NCBI GenBank assembly: GCA_019358915.1
Contig: JAHHIM010000036.1
Location: forward strand, 416,001 to 480,000
Length of the DNA: 64,000 nt
Source of the DNA: Trichormus sp. ATA11-4-KO1
GTDB taxonomy: Bacteria; Cyanobacteriota; Cyanobacteriia; Cyanobacteriales; Nostocaceae
Direction of reading: 5' to 3'
Part shown: positions 31,168 to 40,160 of the stretch, in pieces
Layout of the letters: every line of letters begins with the position of its first letter
Numbering within the stretch: the first letter of the stretch is position 1
Notes under the pieces: generated by a model
The model's database searches: none
Seen by the model: only the letters and a program-made list of their open reading frames with translations
Told to the model about the DNA's origin: nothing
Translations under genes and position numbers: made by a program

Positions 31168-31938
31168 CCACACTTTCCAAGGAGCCTGGCCACTCTTCCA
31201 TAGCTCTTCTAGATAGTTTTTATCGCGTAATGTATCCATCGGCTGCCAAAAACCTTGATGTTTGAAAGCAGATAGCTGATCCATTTCAGCTAGCTTTTCT
31301 AATGGTTCTTTCTCCCAAACCGTAGAGTCATCAGCAACCAAGTTAATTACTTCTGGTTCTAAAACAAAATAACCGCCATTAATCCAGGCTCCATCACCTT
31401 CAGGTTTTTCCCGAAAGCTGTTGATTTTAGTTTGTTCTTGACCTAAGGAAATAGCACCAAAGCGTCCAGCTGGTTGCACTGCACTGAGTGTCGCTAAGGT
31501 TTTTTGCTCTTTATGAAACTTAATTAGTTCTGTAATATTTATATCACTTACACCATCACCGTAAGTGAAACAAAAAGTATCATTACCAACATGCTCACTG
31601 ATGCGTTTTAAGCGTCCGCCTGTCATTGTATAGTCACCTGTATTGACTAAAGTGACACGCCAGGGTTCGGCATAACCAGAATGTATATTCATCTGATTAA
31701 ATCGCATATCAAAGGTCACATCTGACATGTGTAAAAAGTAATTAGCAAAATACTCTTTAATGATGTAACCTTTATATCCACAACAAATGATGAAGTCATT
31801 AATTCCGTGGGCAGAGTAAGTCTTCATGATGTGCCAGAGAATTGGTTTTCCACCAATTTCCACCATTGGCTTGGGTCTGATACTAGTTTCTTCACTGAGG
31901 CGTGTACCAAGCCCTCCAGCCAGAATCACCGCTTTCAT
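31165..31938 (-). CDS. rfbF: Glucose-1-phosphate cytidylyltransferase
   Basis: MKAVILAGGLGTRLSEET..PKPM, TYGDG, GFWQPMDTLRDK, APWKVW. Confidence 0.96.
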   Translation of the reverse strand: MKAVILAGGLGTRLSEETSIRPKPMVEIGGKPILWHIMKTYSAHGINDFIICCGYKGYIIKEYFANYFLHMSDVTFDMRFNQMNIHSGYAEPWRVTLVNTGDYTMTGGRLKRISEHVGNDTFCFTYGDGVSDINITELIKFHKEQKTLATLSAVQPAGRFGAISLGQEQTKINSFREKPEGDGAWINGGYFVLEPEVINLVADDSTVWEKEPLEKLAEMDQLSAFKHQGFWQPMDTLRDKNYLEELWKSGQAPWKVW

Positions 31939-32271
31939 ACAATTACCTTGGAGATTTACAGGTAGTTTTTCATTTAAATTTTTCGCCATGAAGAAGATGC
32001 ACTTTAATTGGAGAAAATTCTCTAAATAATGTCTTTTCCTCCGTACATAATCTAACGATTATTTCTATCGAATTCATAAAGAAAATGTAAATAAATTTCT
32101 TTTATATATAAAACCTCTATAAATCTCTAATTAAATAACTTAATTACAGCAAAAAATAGCTAAAAATAATCAGAACTAGCCAAAGCCAATCCTGATTATT
32201 TTTACTTTTATATCATCAGATATCAAAAGCAGTTACTAAACAACTAGTAAGACAATTTACTAGTTTCTCAA

Positions 32272-34452
32272 TTAATTTGTGCCTGTATATTCCCACATAG
32301 CAGAGCTTTGTAATAAGGCAGTACATTGACTTTCTACGATTACACAAATACTGCTAAGTGCTTGCTGGTAATTTTCCGTATCCTCTTGTTCTAGGGAAAG
32401 TTTAGCGGCTGTCTGTAAATCTTCAATAGCTTTCAAATTATTAGGATCAGATTCACTACCAGCATATTGTGTAAGTTCATAGCGAATCATCCCTCGTTTG
32501 AGGTAGACTTTCGCTAGTTTGTCATTAATCTTTAATGCTTGGTTAAAGTCAGCGATCGCCTGTTGATATTCTTGAATAAAATCGCTACTAAATTGAGCCA
32601 TTTTATGGCGAACTTCACCTCGCTGAAAATAAGCTTCGGCGTTGGATACGTTCAGTCGAATTGCTTGGGTAAAATCAACAATTGCTTGTTTGTAATCTTG
32701 CACAGATTCGCTACTGTATCTAGCCATCTGAGAACGGACAATACCCCTTCTAATATAAGCTTCGGTTTCCTGATTATTAATCCGGAGGGCTTGATTAAAA
32801 TCAGCGATCGCTTGGTTATATTCTCGATCAGGATCGTTGCTGTATTCAGCCAGCATGTAGCGGGCATTGCCTCGATTCACAAAAGCTTTGATTTCATCAG
32901 GATTAATTTGCAAAGCTTGGTTATAGTCTTTGAGTGCGCCTTCGTAATCTTTCAAGTTGTAGCGAGCATTGCCTCGGTTGACATAAGCTCTGGCATTTGT
33001 GGGTTCCTGTTGAATGGCTTGGCTAAAGTTTTCCACCGCTTGCTCATAATCTCGGATTTGGTAAGCAGCATGACCCTGCTGATAGTAATCTGCGAAAGTC
33101 AAAGTCTGATCATTGGTTTGAGGACGAGCCATCAACGTTTGTTGCGTGTAAGCATTTTGGGAAACATACGGACGCGTAAATTTAACCATCACGTCCAAAT
33201 ACCCCAACACACCAAAACCCAGTAAGCACAACACAGCCGGATAAACTTTTGTCTTCTTCTGCCGTTGATAAGACGAATAGCTAGGAGTAGCTACTGGCTG
33301 CCAATAATTTGCTTGGTACAGAGGCATAACTGGTTGTGGCGAACGTGGCCGCTGGGCGTAACGCCGTTGCGGGACAACTCGCGGTCGCAGATGTTCGCGA
33401 TTTTCCACTGCCCGAGATGACGGAAATGGGTCACGTCCACCCAACCGCAAGGCACGTTCACACCAAGGACAGCTATCTAGGTGGTTATTATAACGATGCT
33501 GAGGATTGACAGTGCAGGTAATTAGACTATCTTCGGCTTCAGCTACTGCCGACAGCCAAGCTTGGGCGCTGGGGCGTAGCTGTGGGTCGTTATGACCATC
33601 TTCAAAACAACGTAAAAAGAGTTCCTGTAACTTGGGATGAAGAACTTCCCAAGCAGGTGCAATAGGAGTAGGCAGATAAGGTACTTGCCGCTTTTGACTG
33701 TAAGTAAAGTGTCCAGCAGCAATCCGGGCTTCGTAGGGCGGTGGCTCAGGAATACCTTGAAATATTCCAGAGAAGGGGTGAGTACCTTCCATTAACAGTT
33801 GAAAAATCAACACCGCCAAGCCAAACAAGTCATGAGGAATATCGCGATCGTGTTGCGCAAAAATTTTATTTTGGAGTTCCGGTGGGGTAAACTCTGGTTT
33901 ACCTACTGGACAACGGTAAACAACATTGCTGTCTGGATCACGCACCTGAAAAGAGTCTGTGTCTACCAAGGTTACCAATGCTGTATCGCTGACGAGAATA
34001 TTTGACTCATTCACATCGCCAACACAATATCCACTATTGTGCAAAGCAGCAAAAGCCGCCGCTAGATTACGCGCTGTGCGAAGTAGGTACTGATAATTGA
34101 ATAAAGGACAGTGTTGGCGACGAGTTCTGGGGTTGTAAAAGTCAATAATTGGGCGCATCCCGCGAATCCGAGGCATCAAAAAGCCGATGATGCCATTGTT
34201 TGCATCTACTGCTCGTAAGAGATCCTGTGGCCAAGCAATAGAAATATGTCCTAAGCTAGCCGTAGGATTTTCCGGTGGGTTAGCAAGCATCGCCCGCAGT
34301 TTGTGGGCGTGAGCAACTGTTGGCTGATGATAAACCTTCGCTACTAAATCACCACAGGACGGTACTGCATAGATACACGCTTCACCGCCACGCCCCAAAC
34401 TAACGCTGAGGTTGATAATTTCTTGCTTGGGAAGACAACGTAGAACCTGCAT
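32272..34452 (-). CDS. YegI-like Ser/Thr protein kinase with Zn-ribbon-like motif, one TM helix and C-terminal TPRs
   Basis: GRGGEACIY, VAKVY, GDVNESN, DTDSFQ, FTPPE, C...H...CPWC, hydrophobic helix, about 6 TPR repeats. Confidence 0.88.
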   Translation of the reverse strand: MQVLRCLPKQEIINLSVSLGRGGEACIYAVPSCGDLVAKVYHQPTVAHAHKLRAMLANPPENPTASLGHISIAWPQDLLRAVDANNGIIGFLMPRIRGMRPIIDFYNPRTRRQHCPLFNYQYLLRTARNLAAAFAALHNSGYCVGDVNESNILVSDTALVTLVDTDSFQVRDPDSNVVYRCPVGKPEFTPPELQNKIFAQHDRDIPHDLFGLAVLIFQLLMEGTHPFSGIFQGIPEPPPYEARIAAGHFTYSQKRQVPYLPTPIAPAWEVLHPKLQELFLRCFEDGHNDPQLRPSAQAWLSAVAEAEDSLITCTVNPQHRYNNHLDSCPWCERALRLGGRDPFPSSRAVENREHLRPRVVPQRRYAQRPRSPQPVMPLYQANYWQPVATPSYSSYQRQKKTKVYPAVLCLLGFGVLGYLDVMVKFTRPYVSQNAYTQQTLMARPQTNDQTLTFADYYQQGHAAYQIRDYEQAVENFSQAIQQEPTNARAYVNRGNARYNLKDYEGALKDYNQALQINPDEIKAFVNRGNARYMLAEYSNDPDREYNQAIADFNQALRINNQETEAYIRRGIVRSQMARYSSESVQDYKQAIVDFTQAIRLNVSNAEAYFQRGEVRHKMAQFSSDFIQEYQQAIADFNQALKINDKLAKVYLKRGMIRYELTQYAGSESDPNNLKAIEDLQTAAKLSLEQEDTENYQQALSSICVIVESQCTALLQSSAMWEYTGTN

Positions 34453-34536
34453 GATTAAATCACGGTGAATGGGGTTATTTAAAAGACTGATATAGTAGAA
34501 TCACCAAAACATTACTCACATTACAAGTGCTTTCTT

Positions 34537-34568
34537 CACTCAGCACTCAGCACTCAGCACTCAGCACT
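34537..34568. repeat. Heptamer tandem repeat (CACTCAG)n overlapping the PP2C stop codon
   Basis: cactcag x4 plus cact. Confidence 0.85.
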
Positions 34569-35345
34569 TTTAAAGGCAGCTATAATCAGTGTCAAATCAT
34601 CATCAGTACGTTGCGTAATCCGCTCAGAACTTAAAAATTTCACTAACTGCTCTTTTGCTACTGTTTTATCTTCGGCATTCTCTACAAAGTCGAATAAGGG
34701 AAAAAAGAACGGTTTATGAGGTTCACCAACAACCATATTTAAAGCCAGCATTTGCAGTCCATCGGTGAGGATAGCAACATTAACTATGGTTTCACGCCAT
34801 AATCTCATCTGCGCTATGTCTAAGGCGTCAGGCGAAGTTAAAAAATTTGTCTCGTTGATGTATTCGCCATTGTCAGGTATGGTCAGTGCCAGTAAGTTAC
34901 CTTGATCATCCTTGGCTACTGCCAAACCATCACCAATCTGTACGACTGCCACCATGTCTGGTGTAGCCACCATAATAATTAAGGTAGTTGCTAAATCTTG
35001 AGGCTGTTTGTTACAAGCCACTGCTTCATCCTCTACCGCTTTTCTAGCAGCTAGCAAAGCCTCATTCAATAGCGTTTGCACAATTGCATCATCTGCAAGG
35101 GAGTCTCTAGTAATTTCTTTGATGGATAGGGTTTCGACGGCTGTTTCCACAGCTACCATCGCGCCTACTTTTCCCTGGCTAGCAGAACCTGCACCATCAG
35201 CAGCAGCAGCCACCAACACATTACCTGGTAATAGTTGCCAGTGGTGAGCATCTTGACACAGCTGCTTGTTTTTGACGTGGCTAGTACCACATACAGATGC
35301 GGCGACTACCCGCCAATGAGATATCTGTTTTGATGTTGTGTTCAT
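34554..35345 (-). CDS. PP2C-like Ser/Thr phosphatase (YegK/PphC-like)
   Basis: GTSH...CQDA, ADGAGSA, LTDG, TDDDLT. Confidence 0.9.
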   Translation of the reverse strand: MNTTSKQISHWRVVAASVCGTSHVKNKQLCQDAHHWQLLPGNVLVAAAADGAGSASQGKVGAMVAVETAVETLSIKEITRDSLADDAIVQTLLNEALLAARKAVEDEAVACNKQPQDLATTLIIMVATPDMVAVVQIGDGLAVAKDDQGNLLALTIPDNGEYINETNFLTSPDALDIAQMRLWRETIVNVAILTDGLQMLALNMVVGEPHKPFFFPLFDFVENAEDKTVAKEQLVKFLSSERITQRTDDDLTLIIAAFKSAEC

Positions 35346-35390
35346 AGATTTTTTAAAGCAGCTAGCTGTGTGAGTATCAGCCGCGAGCGA

Positions 35391-36065
35391 TTAAAGAGTC
35401 CCCCAGCCAATGGGTGGTAGTGCTACCTGTTCGTCTATTTGGGAATGGGAAACTGCTGACATACTAGCTGATAACCAAACAAACATTTCAATAAAGTTAA
35501 GTCCTTTGAGTTTGAGGGGAGTCCGCACAGCTAATTGATTTAGACGCATCATATTAGCGTTTTCTACACCTACTGTAAAGAAGGCGACACGTTTATTGGC
35601 TTCATCACCTTGCAAACGTTGCGCCGCTTGCTCTATCAGATGATCTAATTCACCTTGTGGCTCTCCATCTGTAATCATAAATACCCAAGGACGATAATAA
35701 GCAATGCCATTGGCACGATAGAGGGATTTACGTTCTTGCACCATGTCTAACGCTTTATGAATTCCCGCACCCATAGTCGTTAGTCCCTGTGCAGTCAAGA
35801 TAGGCGGATTGAATTGATCAGCTGTTACAAAATCTTGCACTATGTTGACATGACTATCAAAAGTAATTATCGCTACTTCTACTCTTCTGGCTGCCAAGGA
35901 ATTTTTCATCAATTCATCTTTCAAACTTAGCAAACCCTGATTTAAAGCTTCTATGGGATCTCCTTGCATTGAGCCTGATGTGTCCAGCAATAAAACACAA
36001 GGACAACGTGGTTCTGGATTTTCAGCAAACTCCACTACTTCATCAAGTTTTAAGGTATCAGGCAT
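35391..36065 (-). CDS. TerY/YegL-like vWA domain protein
   Basis: ENPEPRCPCVLLLDTSGSM (MIDAS), YYRPWVFMITDG, FVWLSASM; ATG 36065 preferred. Confidence 0.92.
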   Translation of the reverse strand: MPDTLKLDEVVEFAENPEPRCPCVLLLDTSGSMQGDPIEALNQGLLSLKDELMKNSLAARRVEVAIITFDSHVNIVQDFVTADQFNPPILTAQGLTTMGAGIHKALDMVQERKSLYRANGIAYYRPWVFMITDGEPQGELDHLIEQAAQRLQGDEANKRVAFFTVGVENANMMRLNQLAVRTPLKLKGLNFIEMFVWLSASMSAVSHSQIDEQVALPPIGWGTL

Positions 36066-36107
36066 AACGTTTTGTTTTATCTTATAGTCCAACGCTTTAT
36101 TTTCCTT

Positions 36108-36136
36108 TTTTCAAAGTATATAGTTTGGTTTCCGGA
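36108..36136 (-). promoter_or_regulatory. Putative DIF1-type heterocyst-specific promoter of the vWA-PP2C-kinase operon
   Basis: Minus strand TCCGGA-AACCAAACTATATACTTT(18)-GAAAA in the intergenic region ~45-70 bp before the ATG. Confidence 0.68.
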
Positions 36137-36370
36137 GCCTACAAGACCAAAGATAGATGTTTGATGGTAATTGGTTGAATCTTTATTAAATAAATAGTTT
36201 TCACCAAATTATCTACATATTTATTTAATAAATTCTTCATCATGACTTAGTTGAGGACACGCTAATTCCTGAGGTTTAGTATTACCTAATGAGTATAATT
36301 ACTAAACCATATAATAATTGTGTATAGCAAACACAGAATATAACAAATATACGAATTTACCCATATAAAT

Positions 36371-36476
36371 AGGACTTACGCAATAACTCTCTGAAACCCT
36401 CTTTCCTTCGTTTCCTTTGTGGTATGCGCAGCGCGCACGCTTCGCGAACGTTTTTTCATAATTTTGCGTAAGTCAT
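36371..36476. mobile_element. MITE-like element, copy 2, with a GC-rich internal insert
   Basis: AGGACTTACGCAA ... TTGCGTAAGTCAT; internal atgcgcagcgcgcacgcttcgcgaacg absent from copy 1. Confidence 0.75.
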
Positions 36477-36787
36477 GATAAAATTTTTAAGATTATATTT
36501 AAGCAAAACTAATTACAAGTAATATTATCAGCATAAAAATTCTGCATGTGTAGCCATAAGAACTTAAAATTGAAAAATGCCTAAAAAATATTAGCTATCG
36601 GTGGATAGTACGAAATATAACAAAGCCTTGAAAGCATAATTTTTATACATATTTTTTAATATATGTACATGTTTTACCCAAAACAATATTTTGTTTTAGG
36701 AAAATATTAAGTAACGCAAAATCCTATCTATTGGAGACTCCAAATATACATATTTTTTTGTATAATTACTTAAAAATCCTCCAAAAT

Positions 36788-38191
36788 ATGAAGAATTTTG
36801 GCACCTTCACAACACTACGTCCCCAAAGTTTGTTAAGACATTTATTTAGCTGTTGTGACACTACTTGTTTAACAGCCTCTAGTAACTTAGTTACTTGGTC
36901 AATTTACCTCAAGCAGGGGACAATAACTTACGCGACCCATTCCATAGAACCTTTTGACCGATTAGAACGTCATTTGCGTCGTCTGAGTCATCAAATTCCC
37001 CGGCTGACTAGTGAAATTCGTGTGCAATTACGCTTAATTTTTGAAACTAACTTACACAGTCAGGTAGTCGAAGATCAGAGAGCAGTGAGCAATCAACCTG
37101 CTGATTATCATGCTATTCACTGGCTGATTAATCAAGGATATCTGGATGCGTCACAAGCCACATTGTTGATTCAAGAATTAGTTAAAGAAGTAATTGAATC
37201 ATTTCTGTTACTTAAAAACGGGACTTATGAGTTAAGTGACTCACAGCAAAGAATATCAGAAATATGTAGACTGGATGTAGAAAAAGTTATAGAATACTGC
37301 CAAATTCAATTACAAGATTGGCAGACTTTATCGCCTTACATCTCTTCACCTTATCAGCGTCCATATGTCTTAATTACCAGTAAAGTTCACAATAACAATT
37401 TCCCAGACCTCCAATCAAATTTAACCAATTGGATGAAGGGTTTTAGCTTACGTCATCTTGCTGTGATAATGAATCAAGATGAAATTGCATTGGCTAAAAA
37501 ATTATATCCTTACATTATCAAAGGAGAAATTATATTACATGAACCAGACCCACCTTTTGAGCAGTTACCCTGGACTGTGGCAAAATTAACATCATCTACT
37601 GTCCATAAAACAGCATTACTGAATAAAAGTTTAGGAGGAGTGTCCGTAGAAAACAGTAACAATATTACTCAAAATTCATCTGTTATTCCTGTAAAAAATC
37701 TCACTTTTATAGAGCGTTTTCAAAATGTTTCTGCTCCTGCAACCAAAAATGATCAAGGATTAACAATATCAGATAACATAAATTCCCCATCTGAAAGAGT
37801 AACGGCTGCTACTATCACCACCAAAAAAGTTTATAAAATTGTTTCTGTAGATGATAGTCCGACTATCCTTAAAGAAATTAGCCGTTTCTTAGAAAGTGAA
37901 AATTTTGCTGTAGTCGCCATTAATGATCCGCTAAAAGCTGTGATGTCGATTATTAGGCACAAACCAGACTTAATTTTACTGGATCTCAACATGGCCGGAA
38001 TTGATGGTTATGAGTTGTGCCGGATTATACGAAATAATTCCATGTTCCTAAACACACCGATTATTTTTGTCACAGGTTATAAGGGAATTGTAGACAAGGT
38101 AAAAGCGAGATTAGTAGGAGCATCTGGGTATTTAACTAAACCTTTTACACGTGCAGAATTATTAAAAATTGTCTTTATGCACTTGATTTGA
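36788..38191 (+). CDS. PatA-family response regulator (PATAN domain plus C-terminal receiver); a paralogue rather than PatA itself
   Basis: WSIYLKQGTITYA PATAN motif, ISSPYQRPY, receiver DDSP..LLDLNM..TKPF. Confidence 0.88.
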   Translation: MKNFGTFTTLRPQSLLRHLFSCCDTTCLTASSNLVTWSIYLKQGTITYATHSIEPFDRLERHLRRLSHQIPRLTSEIRVQLRLIFETNLHSQVVEDQRAVSNQPADYHAIHWLINQGYLDASQATLLIQELVKEVIESFLLLKNGTYELSDSQQRISEICRLDVEKVIEYCQIQLQDWQTLSPYISSPYQRPYVLITSKVHNNNFPDLQSNLTNWMKGFSLRHLAVIMNQDEIALAKKLYPYIIKGEIILHEPDPPFEQLPWTVAKLTSSTVHKTALLNKSLGGVSVENSNNITQNSSVIPVKNLTFIERFQNVSAPATKNDQGLTISDNINSPSERVTAATITTKKVYKIVSVDDSPTILKEISRFLESENFAVVAINDPLKAVMSIIRHKPDLILLDLNMAGIDGYELCRIIRNNSMFLNTPIIFVTGYKGIVDKVKARLVGASGYLTKPFTRAELLKIVFMHLI

Positions 38192-38280
38192 TTTAGTATA
38201 AATTATGAAGCGTGCTTGATGCTATAGATATAGGATTGCATTTCATTTTTGAACAACACATAGTGGACTGACACACTTAT

Positions 38281-38417
38281 AGGACTTACACAAAATACTT
38301 CTCTAACTCTCATTCCTCCGTGTTACGCCATTTGCTACAACGCGGGGAACCCGCGCAACGCAATAGCTCCTCTGTGCCTCTGCGGTTTGATTCTTCCGTA
38401 ACTTGTGCGTAAGTCCT
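38281..38417. mobile_element. MITE-like element, copy 3, with a 45-bp nested hairpin insert
   Basis: AGGACTTACACA ... TGCGTAAGTCCT; shares aactctcattcctccgtgtt with copy 1; insert at 38325-38369. Confidence 0.8.
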
Positions 38418-38455
38418 AACTTAAAATGATGCAAAAAATTTGTAGGTTGGGTGAA

Positions 38456-39601
38456 CTATTCTTCGTGTGGCAAAGCATTATCAATTGGTTGTTGATCGTC
38501 AGTGGGAATTTCTGTTGTCCCATTAACATCTGACATAGAAGATTCAGAAATTATCACCAACTCCCTTTCTTTTGGATGGTTATGTCCCCATTCATCCAGA
38601 ACATCTTTAATCAATACTTCTTGTACCCAAATCTTGGCAACAACGGTTAAGGGTAAAGCTAAAAATAAGCCTAAAAAGCCAAAAAAAGTGACGAAAAAGA
38701 TTTGGGAAATTAACGTCACAGCTGGCAGCAATGAGACTTGCTGCGCCATGACAATAGGTGTGATAAAATTACTCTCAGCCTGTTGAATGAAAAAGTAGAG
38801 AATCAAGACAGCAACAGGTTTCCAGGGAGTATCCAACAGCGCGATCGCCATTGCTGGAACTACACTCAAAGTCGGGCCAAGATTGGGAATTAAGTTCAAA
38901 AACCCCGCGAGAATAGCTAAAGCTAATGCTGCCTTCACACCCAAAATTGATAAGCCAACGACACTCATTAAAGCCACTACACACATGGCAATAAAAGCGC
39001 CTGTAATCCATCCCTCCAGTGAGACTTCGCATTGATCTAAAATCCCTTCCACCCGTTGGCGATAAAATGAGGGGAATAACCGCACAAACACTTTGCGGTA
39101 GGCTGGGGGATCTGCTAAAAACATTCCGGTTAAAACCATGACTAGCAGAACTTTTAGGACAACTTCCAAAGAACCAGAGACAAAGGCGAAAGAACTGCCT
39201 AGTAACCGATTGATAAATGGTTGTGCTTGTTGGATGAGGCTGTTGATATCAGGTACATAGGGAATTAACTGACTAGGAACTAAAGTTTTTAGTTGGTTAA
39301 ACCAACTATTAAAGCGCTCCAAACCTTGGGGAACTCGATAAGTTAGTTCATTAAACTGAGTGGCAAAAGGCGGTACAATCAGCCAGAAAAAGCAGATAAT
39401 GCCCATAAAGAAGATAGCCACCGACATGAGAACTGCGAATCCACGTTTTATCCCTAAGTGTTGAAAACGTTTCGCCAGGCGATTTAATGTAGTAGCTAGC
39501 ACAACTGCGGCAAATACCAGCAATAGCACTTGCCGAATTTGCCACAAGATATACAAAGAAAGAACTATGGCGATTAAGCCGATCCATTGACCAAGGTTCA
39601 C
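38456..39601 (-). CDS. AI-2E family transporter
   Basis: Multiple TM segments, NLIPNLGP, QQAESNFITP. Confidence 0.9.
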   Translation of the reverse strand: MNLGQWIGLIAIVLSLYILWQIRQVLLLVFAAVVLATTLNRLAKRFQHLGIKRGFAVLMSVAIFFMGIICFFWLIVPPFATQFNELTYRVPQGLERFNSWFNQLKTLVPSQLIPYVPDINSLIQQAQPFINRLLGSSFAFVSGSLEVVLKVLLVMVLTGMFLADPPAYRKVFVRLFPSFYRQRVEGILDQCEVSLEGWITGAFIAMCVVALMSVVGLSILGVKAALALAILAGFLNLIPNLGPTLSVVPAMAIALLDTPWKPVAVLILYFFIQQAESNFITPIVMAQQVSLLPAVTLISQIFFVTFFGFLGLFLALPLTVVAKIWVQEVLIKDVLDEWGHNHPKERELVIISESSMSDVNGTTEIPTDDQQPIDNALPHEE

Positions 39602-39672
39602 AGGCTGATTCTTCGCTGTCTAATTCAAATTAGGTTAGCTGATTTTAGCAACATCCGCCTAGATAATTTGTG

Positions 39673-39885
39673 TTAATTTTGTTTCTGTGCTGCCTGAAAT
39701 CGCCAAAATAAAGCGATCGCCATGATCACAGGTGGTAACAAAACTATCATCAATGCGTTGGTATCTGTTGCCGGAATCGATAAACTCGGCGCTGCATACT
39801 TAATTAATAGGGACAGTACACCCGAAAGCACAAGCAATTTCACAATAAATCCGAGATTATTTTCCATAACAGTACGGCAATACAC
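39673..39885 (-). CDS. Small two-TM hypothetical membrane protein
   Basis: MENNLGFIVK..LIKY..P..NAL..VLLP pattern; start probably at the second Met. Confidence 0.7.
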   Translation of the reverse strand: MYCRTVMENNLGFIVKLLVLSGVLSLLIKYAAPSLSIPATDTNALMIVLLPPVIMAIALFWRFQAAQKQN

Positions 39886-40160
39886 ATTTTTCTGTGGGGT
39901 ATACCCGATATTGGGCTGCTGTCTTTAGTTTCTAGAATAGATCTAACAGACACAAATAATAGAGAACAAGAAATAGGGAAGTTATATTTCTGGAAAAAAT
40001 GCGCTGATAAATACCGCCATCACCACAAATCGTGAGTTTTCAGCCTTTTCGTAGTTACCGTGTAGTCCTCATAAATAAATTTTGTACACCAGACCTATGA
40101 AAATCTTCTTCCCTAACCCTTAAAGCCTAGTCCCTGTCGCATTTGGAGGGTACATCTTAA

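Noticed and set aside
31034..31201. N-terminal extension of rfbG in the ORF track (similar extensions on AGE, ferredoxin and Uma2)
   Set aside because: Derived from tandem repeats and overlap with the neighbouring gene; homology begins at the downstream Met
32010..32045. TACGGA upstream of rfbF as a DIF1 variant
   Set aside because: Mismatch in the hexamer and an imperfect downstream element; too weak to call
32539..33225. 228-aa plus-strand ORF
   Set aside because: Antisense shadow of the TPR region of the kinase; no recognisable motifs
36788..38191. Calling this gene patA
   Set aside because: Longer than, and divergent from, the canonical PatA I recall; treated as a paralogue
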